A DNA stretch of 43,844 nucleotides from an uncultured Candidatus Saccharibacteria bacterium (lineage in GTDB: Bacteria > Patescibacteriota > Minisyncoccia > Phycocordibacterales > UBA9973), in assembly GCA_964605995.1 (NCBI GenBank), contig CAZSEN010000001.1:1-43844 (forward strand), written 5' to 3'. The position numbers and the translations under genes were made by a program. Below, piece by piece: positions 8,639 to 18,560 of this stretch. How positions within the stretch are numbered: the stretch's first letter is position 1; every line of letters starts with the position of its first letter. A model generated the notes under the pieces. It made no database searches and was not told where the DNA came from. It saw only the letters and a program-made list of their open reading frames with translations.

Positions 8639-8748
8639 AACGGGATCGCAACAAAACGGCTCAAAAAGCCTGAAACGCGGGTTTTGTCACCGGCAAAAAC
8701 AGGGAAGGTCGTTCACTTCCGCACTTGGGTTTTCCGCACTTGGTTAAA

Positions 8749-9489
8749 TCAAACGGTAACTAGGGAATTATAATCTAACACGATGTGGTAGACTTCAATG
8801 TCCGCTTTTCCTTTAGAACGACCGTGCGTACTTTGATAAACAAATTCGAATGCGTTAACATATGGTGAAATATCGCAGCTTAACTTATGCTTTGCCAAAG
8901 GCTCTTTTGTATTGAGAAGATCTCCATGCCTTGTCAGCAAATCTTGATACGATACAAAAGAAGATGAAATGTCCATTTGATCGCTTGGCGTTTCGGCTTC
9001 TAAAAACGAGATCATCCCAGCGACCGATACATCCGAATTGGGATAGTATTGGCCGTCTAAAAACCGCACTACCCCCTCAGTTACATATTTATCCGCCAAT
9101 GCAGCATTCATTCGCTTGCACTCGAATACATAGTAAATACTACCGTCCAAAAGTGGAGAGCATACTTTAATATCTAAAATCCCAATTTTTATATTTTGAT
9201 AAAATTCCTCTGCTCCTGAAATGAACAGATAATTCCCGAGATTAAATCGTACCCGGTTTGGATTAATATACTTAGCTACTAAATCATTCCTTAAATAATC
9301 TTCCAGTTCCAATCTTTTTGTCGCCCTACCTCTCACCTTACTGGTCAGCGATTTTAAACTATTTCTTGAGTATGGTGTTCCACTTTGAATTTGCGAATAT
9401 GCATAAACAATAAGATTCACACACGAGTCGAACGTAGTATCGCGTTGTGAACCAAGATTGTTTGCTACAAAATCATCAACACCGGTCAT
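8749..9489 (-). CDS. PD-(D/E)xK nuclease-like protein
   Basis: GILDIKV...(17 aa)...FECKR fits D...ExK. Its start overlaps the stop of the upstream methyltransferase gene by 4 nt. Confidence 0.55.
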   Translation of the reverse strand: MTGVDDFVANNLGSQRDTTFDSCVNLIVYAYSQIQSGTPYSRNSLKSLTSKVRGRATKRLELEDYLRNDLVAKYINPNRVRFNLGNYLFISGAEEFYQNIKIGILDIKVCSPLLDGSIYYVFECKRMNAALADKYVTEGVVRFLDGQYYPNSDVSVAGMISFLEAETPSDQMDISSSFVSYQDLLTRHGDLLNTKEPLAKHKLSCDISPYVNAFEFVYQSTHGRSKGKADIEVYHIVLDYNSLVTV

Positions 9490-12400
9490 GCGGAAGTCAC
9501 TTGAGATTTCTTTAATTCTGCCTTCAGGATGATATCATTAATCTCCATCACATCTAGATGTGCAACTGCTTTGTGCCACAATTTCTTTTCATTTGGTTTG
9601 ATGATATAGAACGATGTGTTGGTGAAGCCCCTGACATCCTGTTGGAAATATAAGTCCTTACATGCTTTATAAATCCCCAAATCTCCAAGCAGAACATTCC
9701 AATCCTCATTGGATGTGCGACTTGTAACTATTGTTTCGCATGGATTGGTTTGCATGTGAAAATTAATCCTAACGAAATAGTCATTTAGGATAATTTCCGG
9801 TCGCAAACATTTTTTTGCGTGTTTAAAGCGCTCATTAAAAAAAGAACAAAATATATTGGCATAAGCCTGTAATTGCTTTTCATCCTTAGCGATTTCTGGC
9901 CGAAAAGCTCTAAACGCATCTGAATCAGAATCGCGTAGTAGAACAGGTAACGAAACGTCGAATGCGAAATTAACTAAGTCCATTTCTTGTTCTGTTAACT
10001 TATACGCTTGATTGACTAGTTTGTCGATGGACTTCCGATCAGTCAAATCAGTACCATCGTCCAATGTCTCGTCTCGATTTGTAATCTCCAGTGCAAGCTT
10101 TCCAATTTTTGGCTCATTGGCAAATGGGAAATTAAAAAATTCTGCGAAGTGAACTCTCGTTCTCTCAATACCAGCAGAGGAACTACTGTTCAATAAAAAA
10201 TAAGTAAACAATTTAGAATTTAAGACTCCCGAAAGCGTTGAAAGGAATGACCGCGAATCATCAGAATTATTTGAAGTTGGAACAACTGAACACACAGTTG
10301 AACTAAAGCAAATCTTCTTGTCATTGAACGCTGAAACTGCCCCAAAAAAATGCTCCCCACCTTTGGGCTCAAGAACCAATCCTTTCTTTATCAAAAGCTT
10401 GTTTCCAGCAAAGAATTTCTCATCCGGTACGTATCCGACTTTTGAATTCTCAATGTCTTGAAGAGCGAGTTCTTTTTTCCACTTTTTGCCAGGCGCAACA
10501 ATATATGGTCGAAATTCTTTCTCTGCATCCAAATAGTCGTAACTATGAAATTTACTGGAATCTATTTTTTTCTTCCCATCCTTCAGTTTTAACCCGCCAT
10601 TGGATAAATACCCCAATTCTTCAAAACACTCCTGTATTGTTTGAAACTGACTCTTTAGCCTTTGAAGGAAGTGAATATCTAAAGCACTTCCGTGAACAAG
10701 AACTTTCCATAGCCAGTCATCGCCGCCATATTCCTCAATGAAATACTCTTGTTTAATTCTTTTTACATCATGCTTCTCAACAACAATTGTTTTATAGAAA
10801 AGAAAGAACTTGTTCGGCTTAACGGTAATATGTTGTATCACATTATTGCCGGTGTACTCATGAGTTGATGCAGGGATATACGTAATGATGGCGGCTGGCT
10901 GCCTCGCTTCATCAAAGATGTGGTTGCCACCCCTAATTTTATTATTTACGGGAGAAAGCTCTACAACTTGCTTGACGTGAAATTTCCGTAAAAAGTAATT
11001 TCGAAAAGCTTTAGAGGAGCTTCCAGTATTATATAAAACTTTGCTAGAGACAATAAAGCTGCACTTTGGAACTTTACCATTCGATCTAAAATCGCTCGTG
11101 CGTACCAAAAATGCTTGACAAATTTCTTTGTCTCCAATTTGCAGAGGAACAGCACCTTCGTCTATATCGTTACCCTCTAAAGCATTTCGATTTTCGATAT
11201 ACGAGATATAAAGTGAACGGTCAACATTTCCCCAAGGAGGATTCCCAACAATGAAATCTAAGTTTTTAATCTTTGAATTAAATGGGTGCTCTAAATTGAA
11301 AAAGTCCGCATCCAATCCCCCAAAGAAATTTTCATCCTTCAATTTTTGAAAGCGGAAATTTTCTATCTCCGCAGGTTGCTTGTAATCTAGGATTGTAACG
11401 TAAAGCGAGAAAATTGATATATCAATTGCATCGGGATCAATGTCGACGCCATAGATATTACTTTTAATCAGACTCCATAACTTGGCATCCGATATTTTAG
11501 TTTTTCCAGTAACATGTAACTCTTTCTCAATGATCTTCCTTAATGTTTCAACAAGGAAAATTCCTGAACCGCAGGCAGGGTCAAGTACGCGACAATTTGA
11601 ATCGTCCTTTCCGGAATTCTCCAGGAAAGGTGTAACTGTTTGCGACAAAACATAGTCGACAAGATAAGGAGGAGTATAATATGCTTTTATCTCCTTCTGT
11701 TTTGAGAGCTGTACATTATCATTCTCAAATTCATTTCCAATAAAGTTCTCATAGATACTGCTAATCAGTTCCACCGGAATTATCTCGAAGTCATATACAT
11801 CAAATAAAGAGGGCTGAACCAAATAGCTCTTATACTTCGATCCGGACCCAGCTTTGAAGAACTGAGCGCAGTTAAATAAATACGAGAGTATTTCTAGATG
11901 AGAGTCATTAACTTCCTTTTCTTCATCATACTCGAGCAGACGTCCCTCATATTCCTTAAGAGGGAACATGTCGCCATTATATTTCGTGTTTAAGTACTTA
12001 AAAAATTTATACAGCAATTTCTTATTCCCGATGATTTCGCGGAATGCAGATCGCCTTTCTTCTTTAGTTTCTCCTAATACAATCTCCTGATCGCTAAAAG
12101 TGACATTGCGATCAATCAAATAACTAATAAAAAGGAGTCTTCCAATTAACCTATTTGCAACCCGGGGCGATAACTTTAAGCCATCTTTGGCAACAAGGAT
12201 TCTTCGCGCATCAGTGATATTATTTAAAAGGTAAGTATCGATGTGCTTTTTTGGCTTACCTAAATGATTAAGCGAATTACCCCGGCGAATGTTAACAAAT
12301 GAAAACTCTTTAAATCAATCGAGGTAATTGTCCCCTTTTATGCGCGTCAATCGCTTGGCGCCATCGATAGAAAATTCGCTACCATGATATAAATCAAGGT

Positions 12401-12510
12401 TATCCTGACGATTAATGAATACAACTTGGGCGAGGCCAAAATTAATTATGCGCTTGTGTATCAACTCCTCCTCTGCAGCAGAAGGATTATCAAAAAATAA
12501 AATGAATGAT

Positions 12511-13525
12511 TAGAGTTTATACCGATTAAGATGTTAAGAGTGGCCTGTTGAAACAAGGAGAGTAAGCCACTGATAACCCGTTCTTTGAAATTATAGTTTG
12601 GTGGCATGAAATTAGACTATAAAAATCTGAAGAAAAAATCGAGCTTGTTAAAGTCGGCGACCGGTTTGAGTTTAAAAGAGTTTGATTTTCTGAAACCGTC
12701 CTTCGAAAAAAGTTGGCATAAGTATATGAGCCAATACACCTTTGAAGGGCTCAAGCGACAACGGGCGAGAACGATTCGAGTAAACACAACATTTAAATGT
12801 ACTGAGGACATGATGATATTTATCCTTTACGATTATCGTCATAACCCGACTCAGGAATTTATGGGACTTCATTTTGATCTTCAACAATCGAAGGTGGCAA
12901 TGTGGCTAAAAGTGCTGGAACCCATTCTTGAGAAGAGTTTAAAACAAATGGGGCTTGTTCCGGCCAGAGAAAGTGAGTCATTGAATGATCGCCTGATCGA
13001 TTCTGTAACGGTTCTCCTGGATGGAAGCGAGCGCCCTGTCAATCGGCCAAAGTATGATCAGAAGGAATTCTACAGCGGAAAAAAAAGAAACATACGGTAA
13101 AAAACAATCTTATAACAGACATGAGCGGAGAAATACTTTATTTGAGTCCAACCTATGGCGGTTGCGTACATGACAAAAAAATATGTGATCTTGAGAATCT
13201 TTCACTTTCCAAAAACGTTTCCCTACTTGTGGATTTGGGATATTTAGGGTTCCGCAGCGAAAATGCACATGTTATATTGCCTTTTAAACAGAAGAAAAAC
13301 CAAGAATTGGATGCGGATAAACTAGCTTACAACAAATGGCAGGCGCATATAAGGGTGCGAATCGAACATACAATTGCAAGTATAAAAATCTTCAGAAAAG
13401 TGAAAGAAACATTCCGTGGCAGATTATACAGCAGGGAAGACACGGTAATGCTCGTGGCTTGTGCACTGCATAATTTGAAGCAGAAAGTAAAATTCACGTA
13501 ATGAACTTAATCGGTATAAACTCTA
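12511..13525 (+). mobile_element. Insertion sequence (IS5/Harbinger-like, DDE_Tnp_4-type transposase)
   Basis: Perfect 20-bp terminal inverted repeats: tagagtttataccgattaag at 12511-12530 and its reverse complement at 13506-13525. The outermost TA may be a target duplication. 1015 bp in total, interrupting the methyltransferase gene. Confidence 0.8.
12606..13501 (+). CDS. DDE transposase in two frames (12606-13100 and 13121-13501)
   Basis: A -1 shift on the A8G run (13079-13087) gives YSGKKKKHTVKNNLITDMSGEILYLSPTYGGCVHDKK, the contiguous motif expected in DDE_Tnp_4 transposases. Confidence 0.75.
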
Positions 13526-14093
13526 TTGATTAAAAGGTTTTGGGTGTCCTGATCTGTCCGCTCTGTCGTTATAAATACAGTAGAACGCCGAGGGCTTAAT
13601 TACTTCTTGAAGAATACGGCTCACACGGTATGGGAATTTATGAACCCATTCCTCCGATCTGTCAAGAAAGAACAAACCATTTTCTTTCTTCAGACCTAAT
13701 TTTTTGTACAACTGAGCTAAGCGATCCACTGGTTTACCAAATTATCTGATTTACTCCAACCCCGAAGGGGCCAATTTTATATAGTTTCAACAACGAAACT
13801 TTCATAAGTTCCTGTACTAGAGCATATTATTAATTTTCAAACATGTGCATGATTGCGTCCCGAGGCTCATAAGTACAAATTTCAATAGAAAAAAAGACTT
13901 TTTTGGGAAAGACTAATATTTTTAGTCAAACTGCCTAATATTATTAGCAAAACGAACCGCACAAGCATTAATAATGCTTGGAGAAAGACAATTGGACTAT
14001 AACCAATCAAACTTACTGGATTTCAAGGTGATATCTTGACGACCTGTTCTTTATCTTTGACTCTTTGCTTAAATTCTTTACCGAACTGTTTAT

Positions 14094-15647
14094 ATGGCCT
14101 TTTCTCTTAACCAAATACCGCAAGCGGACATTCTCGACAAAGTGGTGCAAACTGTTGTGGCGATTAATGACTCTATCACTTTGGAATCAGAAATTGCAGA
14201 CCATGTTGGCATCTCATCAAAACAGGTTGAGCGGTATTTGCATGCAGCAGAAATCTTGGGTTTCATTTCAGGAGACTACAAGCAGCCAGGATTAACTGCA
14301 TTTGGAAATGAACTCATTAATGGATTCGTTCAGGATCAGCAAAGTACGTTGAGATCAGCCGTTCTTCGGAATAACTTATTTGCGAAAGTCTTGGAAGAAT
14401 TCAAGAAGAATCCTGATGGCTTAACGGAAAACGAAATTCGAGAATTTATTTTTAATAATTCGCAAGCCGAGGCTCGCACTTCGATTCCTAGAAGAATCAA
14501 AACTGTTCTGTCTTGGCTAAGTTCTGTCGAATTGATTATAGAGGAGAATGAGAAATACAAATTTAATGATCAATTAGAAGACGAACAATCGGAAAAATCA
14601 CCGCAAGATGGAATCTATCCTGTCAACTATTCCAAAGAAGTTGACATAAAAGAAGAAAGTATTTCTGTTTTCGAACTTCGCCGTAAAATTGAGAATGACA
14701 AAATTATCATGAACCCCGACTTTCAGAGACACCTAGTCTGGAAGCCACATCAAAAAAGTCAGTTTATTGAATCCATAATATTGAACGTGCCGCTGCCGCC
14801 ATTTTACTTAAAAAAGGAATTAAACGGAAAATTAATAATCATTGATGGGCTTCAGCGTACATCCACCTTGGAGGCATTTCTTAATCAAGAGGGTGATGAT
14901 TATTTCCCGCTGGAAGGCTTAATGGCACTTCCTCGAATGAATGGAAAATATTTTCATCAATTGGATGAAGACATTCGAACTAGGATTGAAGATAAAAATC
15001 TTCTCATTTATGTTCTTCAACCCACGGTTCCCATGGTGGTTGTTTATGACATTTTTAATCGGATTAATACTGGTGGAACTCAGTTAGAACGTCAAGAAAT
15101 CAGAAACTGCATTTTCATTGGGGAATCAACGCGTCTAATTAAGCGACTAGCTGATGATCCCGATTTTAAGCAAGCAATTGATTATGGAATTGCTCCAACA
15201 AGAATGAAAGATCGGGAGGCCGTGCTGCGCTGCATATCATTTCAAATTTGCGATTATGGTACTGAGTACAATAATTCTTTAGACGATTTCCTTGAGAAGT
15301 CAATGAGGAAAATAAATCGGACACCGCTAGAAGAAATCGAAAAATTAGAGTTAGAGTTTAAGCGCGTAATGAAGATGACCTTTGACTTCTTCGGATACAA
15401 TAACTTTCGATTACCTACGGATTATAGTAGGGGAAGAATAAATATTGCCGTGATGGAATCGGTATACAATTTTTTTGCTAACAGTGACCCACTAGTCTTG
15501 GTCAAAAATAAGAAAGCAATTAAAGAAAACTTTAGTACGTTGCTTGATGATGAAGAATATTATGACGCTGTTAGGTATTCTACGGGCAGCAAGTCTAAAG
15601 TAGATGCGAGATTCAGCATTGCGAAAGCCACATTGGGAAATTTTTAG
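14094..15647 (+). CDS. DUF262 (GmrSD N-terminal/ParB-like nuclease superfamily) protein with N-terminal wHTH-like region
   Basis: NPDFQRHLVWKPHQKSQFIESIILNVPLPPFYL...IIIDGLQRTSTLEAF is the classic DUF262 signature. Confidence 0.85.
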   Translation: MAFSLNQIPQADILDKVVQTVVAINDSITLESEIADHVGISSKQVERYLHAAEILGFISGDYKQPGLTAFGNELINGFVQDQQSTLRSAVLRNNLFAKVLEEFKKNPDGLTENEIREFIFNNSQAEARTSIPRRIKTVLSWLSSVELIIEENEKYKFNDQLEDEQSEKSPQDGIYPVNYSKEVDIKEESISVFELRRKIENDKIIMNPDFQRHLVWKPHQKSQFIESIILNVPLPPFYLKKELNGKLIIIDGLQRTSTLEAFLNQEGDDYFPLEGLMALPRMNGKYFHQLDEDIRTRIEDKNLLIYVLQPTVPMVVVYDIFNRINTGGTQLERQEIRNCIFIGESTRLIKRLADDPDFKQAIDYGIAPTRMKDREAVLRCISFQICDYGTEYNNSLDDFLEKSMRKINRTPLEEIEKLELEFKRVMKMTFDFFGYNNFRLPTDYSRGRINIAVMESVYNFFANSDPLVLVKNKKAIKENFSTLLDDEEYYDAVRYSTGSKSKVDARFSIAKATLGNF

Positions 15648-15650
15648 AAA

Positions 15651-16922
15651 ATGCTCCGACAGCTAACCTTAAAAAACTTTAAACTCTTTAAAGAGGCAAC
15701 TCCAATTCCATTGGCGAATCTCAATTTGTTAACGGGTATCAACGGAAGAGGGAAATCAACTGTTCTTCAGTCATTGTTGTTAATGCGACAATCACCGGAA
15801 TATGATCGAACGACAAGTAAGATCATTTTTAATGGAGATGATATTAGGATGGGAAACTTTCAGGACGTAAAAAATATTGCTTCATCCCCAAGTGAGCCTA
15901 TTGAATTAACATTTCATTACGACGACTTTCACATCCTTTATCAAATCTTTCAGAATAGTAATGATCCTGTGGTTGGCGATATCGGAAATATCTACTTAAC
16001 TGGTAAGGTAGAAGGAGCCGACATAGCTCTAAGGCTCATCAATAATGAGGGAATGTTCAATTATTCGGTTAACCAGGAAGAAATTGACGCAATGTCCATG
16101 ATCTATCTTCATGATCTGTTTATTCATGATGCTGATGTCGAAGGCGTCTTAGGAGACGGGATTGGTCCACACATCAAGGGTGCATTAAACTTTAATCGAG
16201 TTCACTATGTTGCTGCGGATAGAATTGGCCCAAAATTATTTTATAATGAAAAAAGTTTGAAAGATTTTTATTCTGTCGGTCCTTTTGGGGAGGAGACGGT
16301 AAATATCCTACATCACAAAGCCTCTGATCTCTTAGAAGAAGAATTTATTGAAAACATAGCCCGGCTTTTTCATTTAGACCCAGAAGAAATTGGGCGAGAT
16401 GTGGAGCTTCAAACTACATTCTGGCTCTCTAAATTATTTACCAGCGTAAAGTACCGAATCAAAAGGGTTGAGGATGCAAACCTACTGACCTTTAGCATTA
16501 GCCCGGAAGGAACTTTTGATTATTACAAACCAACTAATGTCGGATATGGATTTAGCTATGTTTTGCCAATTATTGTAACGGGATTGATTGCAAAAAGGGG
16601 AGATCTTTTTCTTGTCGAAAATCCGGAAGCACATCTGCATCCGCATGCACAATCGGTTCTTGCAAAGTTTTTGACTCTAGTTAGTTTAAGAGGTGTTCAG
16701 GTTATTATCGAATCCCACAGTGAGCATGTTCTAAATGGGTTAAGAATTCCGGTTTACGACCGAATAATTCCGAATACTCATTTGAACGTTTTATATTTTG
16801 ATCGTAGTCAAGCAGGGTATTTTACAAAAATTGATGTGGCAGAAGATGGAGGAATTGAGAATTGGCCGCCTGATTTCTTCGACCAATCAACAAAAGACCT
16901 GAACTATTTATTTGGAATTTGA
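15651..16922 (+). CDS. AAA-family ATPase with C-terminal DUF3696-like region
   Basis: Walker A at LLTGINGRGKST; LFLVENPEAHLHPHAQ...IIESHSEHVLNG; C-terminal ENWPPDFFDQ. Starts 4 nt after the DUF262 gene. Confidence 0.85.
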   Translation: MLRQLTLKNFKLFKEATPIPLANLNLLTGINGRGKSTVLQSLLLMRQSPEYDRTTSKIIFNGDDIRMGNFQDVKNIASSPSEPIELTFHYDDFHILYQIFQNSNDPVVGDIGNIYLTGKVEGADIALRLINNEGMFNYSVNQEEIDAMSMIYLHDLFIHDADVEGVLGDGIGPHIKGALNFNRVHYVAADRIGPKLFYNEKSLKDFYSVGPFGEETVNILHHKASDLLEEEFIENIARLFHLDPEEIGRDVELQTTFWLSKLFTSVKYRIKRVEDANLLTFSISPEGTFDYYKPTNVGYGFSYVLPIIVTGLIAKRGDLFLVENPEAHLHPHAQSVLAKFLTLVSLRGVQVIIESHSEHVLNGLRIPVYDRIIPNTHLNVLYFDRSQAGYFTKIDVAEDGGIENWPPDFFDQSTKDLNYLFGI

Positions 16923-17727
16923 CAGTATGGAAGTGCTTGTTAACGAAGACTCATTGCATGGCCAATATGCAAATCATGAAGTGATAGAGAAACTTCGCAG
17001 TTTTCTTCGTCTAATAAAGAAGGTCAACCAACTTGAACGACCTCCACGACTTTTACGAAGCGATAAGCTTTTTGAAGCTCAAGCCATAGGCGGAGTTCAT
17101 CTGGGAACAACACTAAATGCTCGTAAAGATTTGTTGGAAACGTTTTTAAATAATTTCAAAAATGCAATACGATGGGAGAATGAAAAAACGCATCAAGATC
17201 AGTCTGCCTATGAGCACGAAAATATCGATTATGTTACACGGTCAATAGCTGAGATTACGGAAAGGCAATTAGTGGGACCCAATATGAATAGGCACTTATT
17301 GAATTTCCCCGATTCCAAATTTGGAACCTCATCTAAATTAAGTATTATCAAGGATAAAATTACTACTAGTGATTTAGCGTGTTCGTTCGATGAAGAATCC
17401 TTCGCGGAATGGCTCATTGAAATCGGACTACTAGATCCTAAGAGGAAATATGATGTGGTCAATGAGAAGCGACCACCGATGGATTATCAAACTGTACTTT
17501 ACGACAAAACTAAATTCACATCAATCGGAGTTAGAAACCAGGGAAGAAAAGTTTACTCAAGGATTGGAACAACGGAATTGTGGGTTGTCGATAATCTGCA
17601 TTTCGGTGGGGCAGCACAAATTGAAGTATTTCGGTCAACAACAAAGGAACACTTAGGAACTTCACCTATTGACAGAGTTCAACCTAACGATAAATCCAAG
17701 GTAAAAGGCCGAACACTAGATCAATAA
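16912..17727 (+). CDS. Hypothetical third component of the DUF262/ATPase operon
   Basis: Overlaps the ATPase gene by 11 nt. No recognised motif; the ATG at 16927 is an alternative start. Confidence 0.55.
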   Translation: MEFDSMEVLVNEDSLHGQYANHEVIEKLRSFLRLIKKVNQLERPPRLLRSDKLFEAQAIGGVHLGTTLNARKDLLETFLNNFKNAIRWENEKTHQDQSAYEHENIDYVTRSIAEITERQLVGPNMNRHLLNFPDSKFGTSSKLSIIKDKITTSDLACSFDEESFAEWLIEIGLLDPKRKYDVVNEKRPPMDYQTVLYDKTKFTSIGVRNQGRKVYSRIGTTELWVVDNLHFGGAAQIEVFRSTTKEHLGTSPIDRVQPNDKSKVKGRTLDQ

Positions 17728-17755
17728 AAATCTATATTCGTACATTAACTTTGAA

Positions 17756-17791
17756 AGAGGCTGTCTCAAAAGGATAGCCTCTTCTCTTTTT
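17756..17791 (+). terminator. Rho-independent terminator
   Basis: agaggctgtc-tcaaaag-gatagcctct followed by tctcttttt. Confidence 0.6.
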
Positions 17792-17816
17792 CAATTGACC
17801 CTGTTCCAAGCATTAC

Positions 17817-17842
17817 GGTCAACTGCGGCAACCATTCCCGGA
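17817..17842 (+). repeat. Recurrent motif, copy B (ggtcaactgcggcaaccattcccgga)
   Basis: 23/26 identical to 6340-6365. Its 11-mer gcaaccattcc recurs at 31599-31609. Confidence 0.7.
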
Positions 17843-18023
17843 CTTGCCTGATTTTCCTTTGTACTCAGTAATGTGATTGTTCCCTTGCAATCATTTCCAG
17901 TAGGAGGTACAGTCGCACACCAATGAAGCAATGCACGAATACCCAAACAAAAAACACTCCCCCATAAGCCGTCTTCACTCCCATGAGCCGGTCGGGCAGA
18001 GAACTATCAATAAAAAAGCGACA

Positions 18024-18548
18024 ATGATCAACGAACAGATATATACCAAACTCAGCAGAATAATCCCGGACATGGAAAGCCGCCTTGCCAATGGAATCGG
18101 GTATGGTAAGTCCAAAGTGAATGGATACATGGATTTGAACTTCGACTATCTCGGTTTACGACGGGACGGCAAGCATACCATCGCTCTCTCCCACAATTAC
18201 AAACTGAATGGTGATATGGTTCCTGATCCGGATATGCAGATCCGCATTGATACCAGTGCAAAAACGGCAGAGGCTATGACTTTTCAGAACCTGTATTTGT
18301 TTCAGGAAGTCTCATTTGATGAAGTGCAAACCGATCCGAAAAACGAAAAGCTAAAGAAGGAACTCAACCTGTTTCTCTCACAGTGGCTTACCAACGCAAT
18401 TGAGCAAGGTCACCGTATTGATTTCTCCGAATCGGAAAGGGAACGCACAGCTGAGAATCAGCAGGACGTTGAAGAATTGCGCGACGATGAACTGAGCGAC
18501 CTCCGCAACAAGAAGAGTGAAAAACCTGAGCAGGGAATTGAACGATAA
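18024..18548 (+). CDS. Hypothetical protein
   Basis: ORF track 17931-18548; the likely start is ATG 18024 (MINEQIYTKL). Acidic C-terminal tail. Confidence 0.5.
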   Translation: MINEQIYTKLSRIIPDMESRLANGIGYGKSKVNGYMDLNFDYLGLRRDGKHTIALSHNYKLNGDMVPDPDMQIRIDTSAKTAEAMTFQNLYLFQEVSFDEVQTDPKNEKLKKELNLFLSQWLTNAIEQGHRIDFSESERERTAENQQDVEELRDDELSDLRNKKSEKPEQGIER

Positions 18549-18560
18549 AACTGAACGCAC

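Larger units (their letters stand above)
8451..8743. other. attP-like recombination site: tRNA-like core flanked by TCCGCAC arm-type repeats
   Basis: tccgcacaaac at 8451-8461 and 8464-8474; inverted gtgcgga at 8485-8491; ttccgcacttgg at 8717-8728 and 8732-8743. These surround the tRNA-Leu-like core at 8584-8638. Confidence 0.55.
9486..13729 (-). pseudogene. Large Eco57I/type IIG-like N6-adenine DNA methyltransferase gene, disrupted
   Basis: VLDPACGSGIFLV (motif I) and FIVGNPPWG (motif IV). The same reading frame continues upstream of the track ORF (…LIGRLLFISYLIDR…) to about 12510 apart from one in-frame TGA at 12315-12317. It is then cut by the IS at 12511-13525, and the N-terminal 68 codons lie at 13523-13729. 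Confidence 0.7.

Noticed and set aside
12315-12317. In-frame TGA as evidence for an alternative genetic code (TGA read as Gly or Trp)
   Set aside because: Every other long gene in the window is open under the standard code, and several island genes end in TGA (for example 8443-8445 and 34732-34734). A nonsense mutation in a gene already broken by an IS is the simpler explanation.
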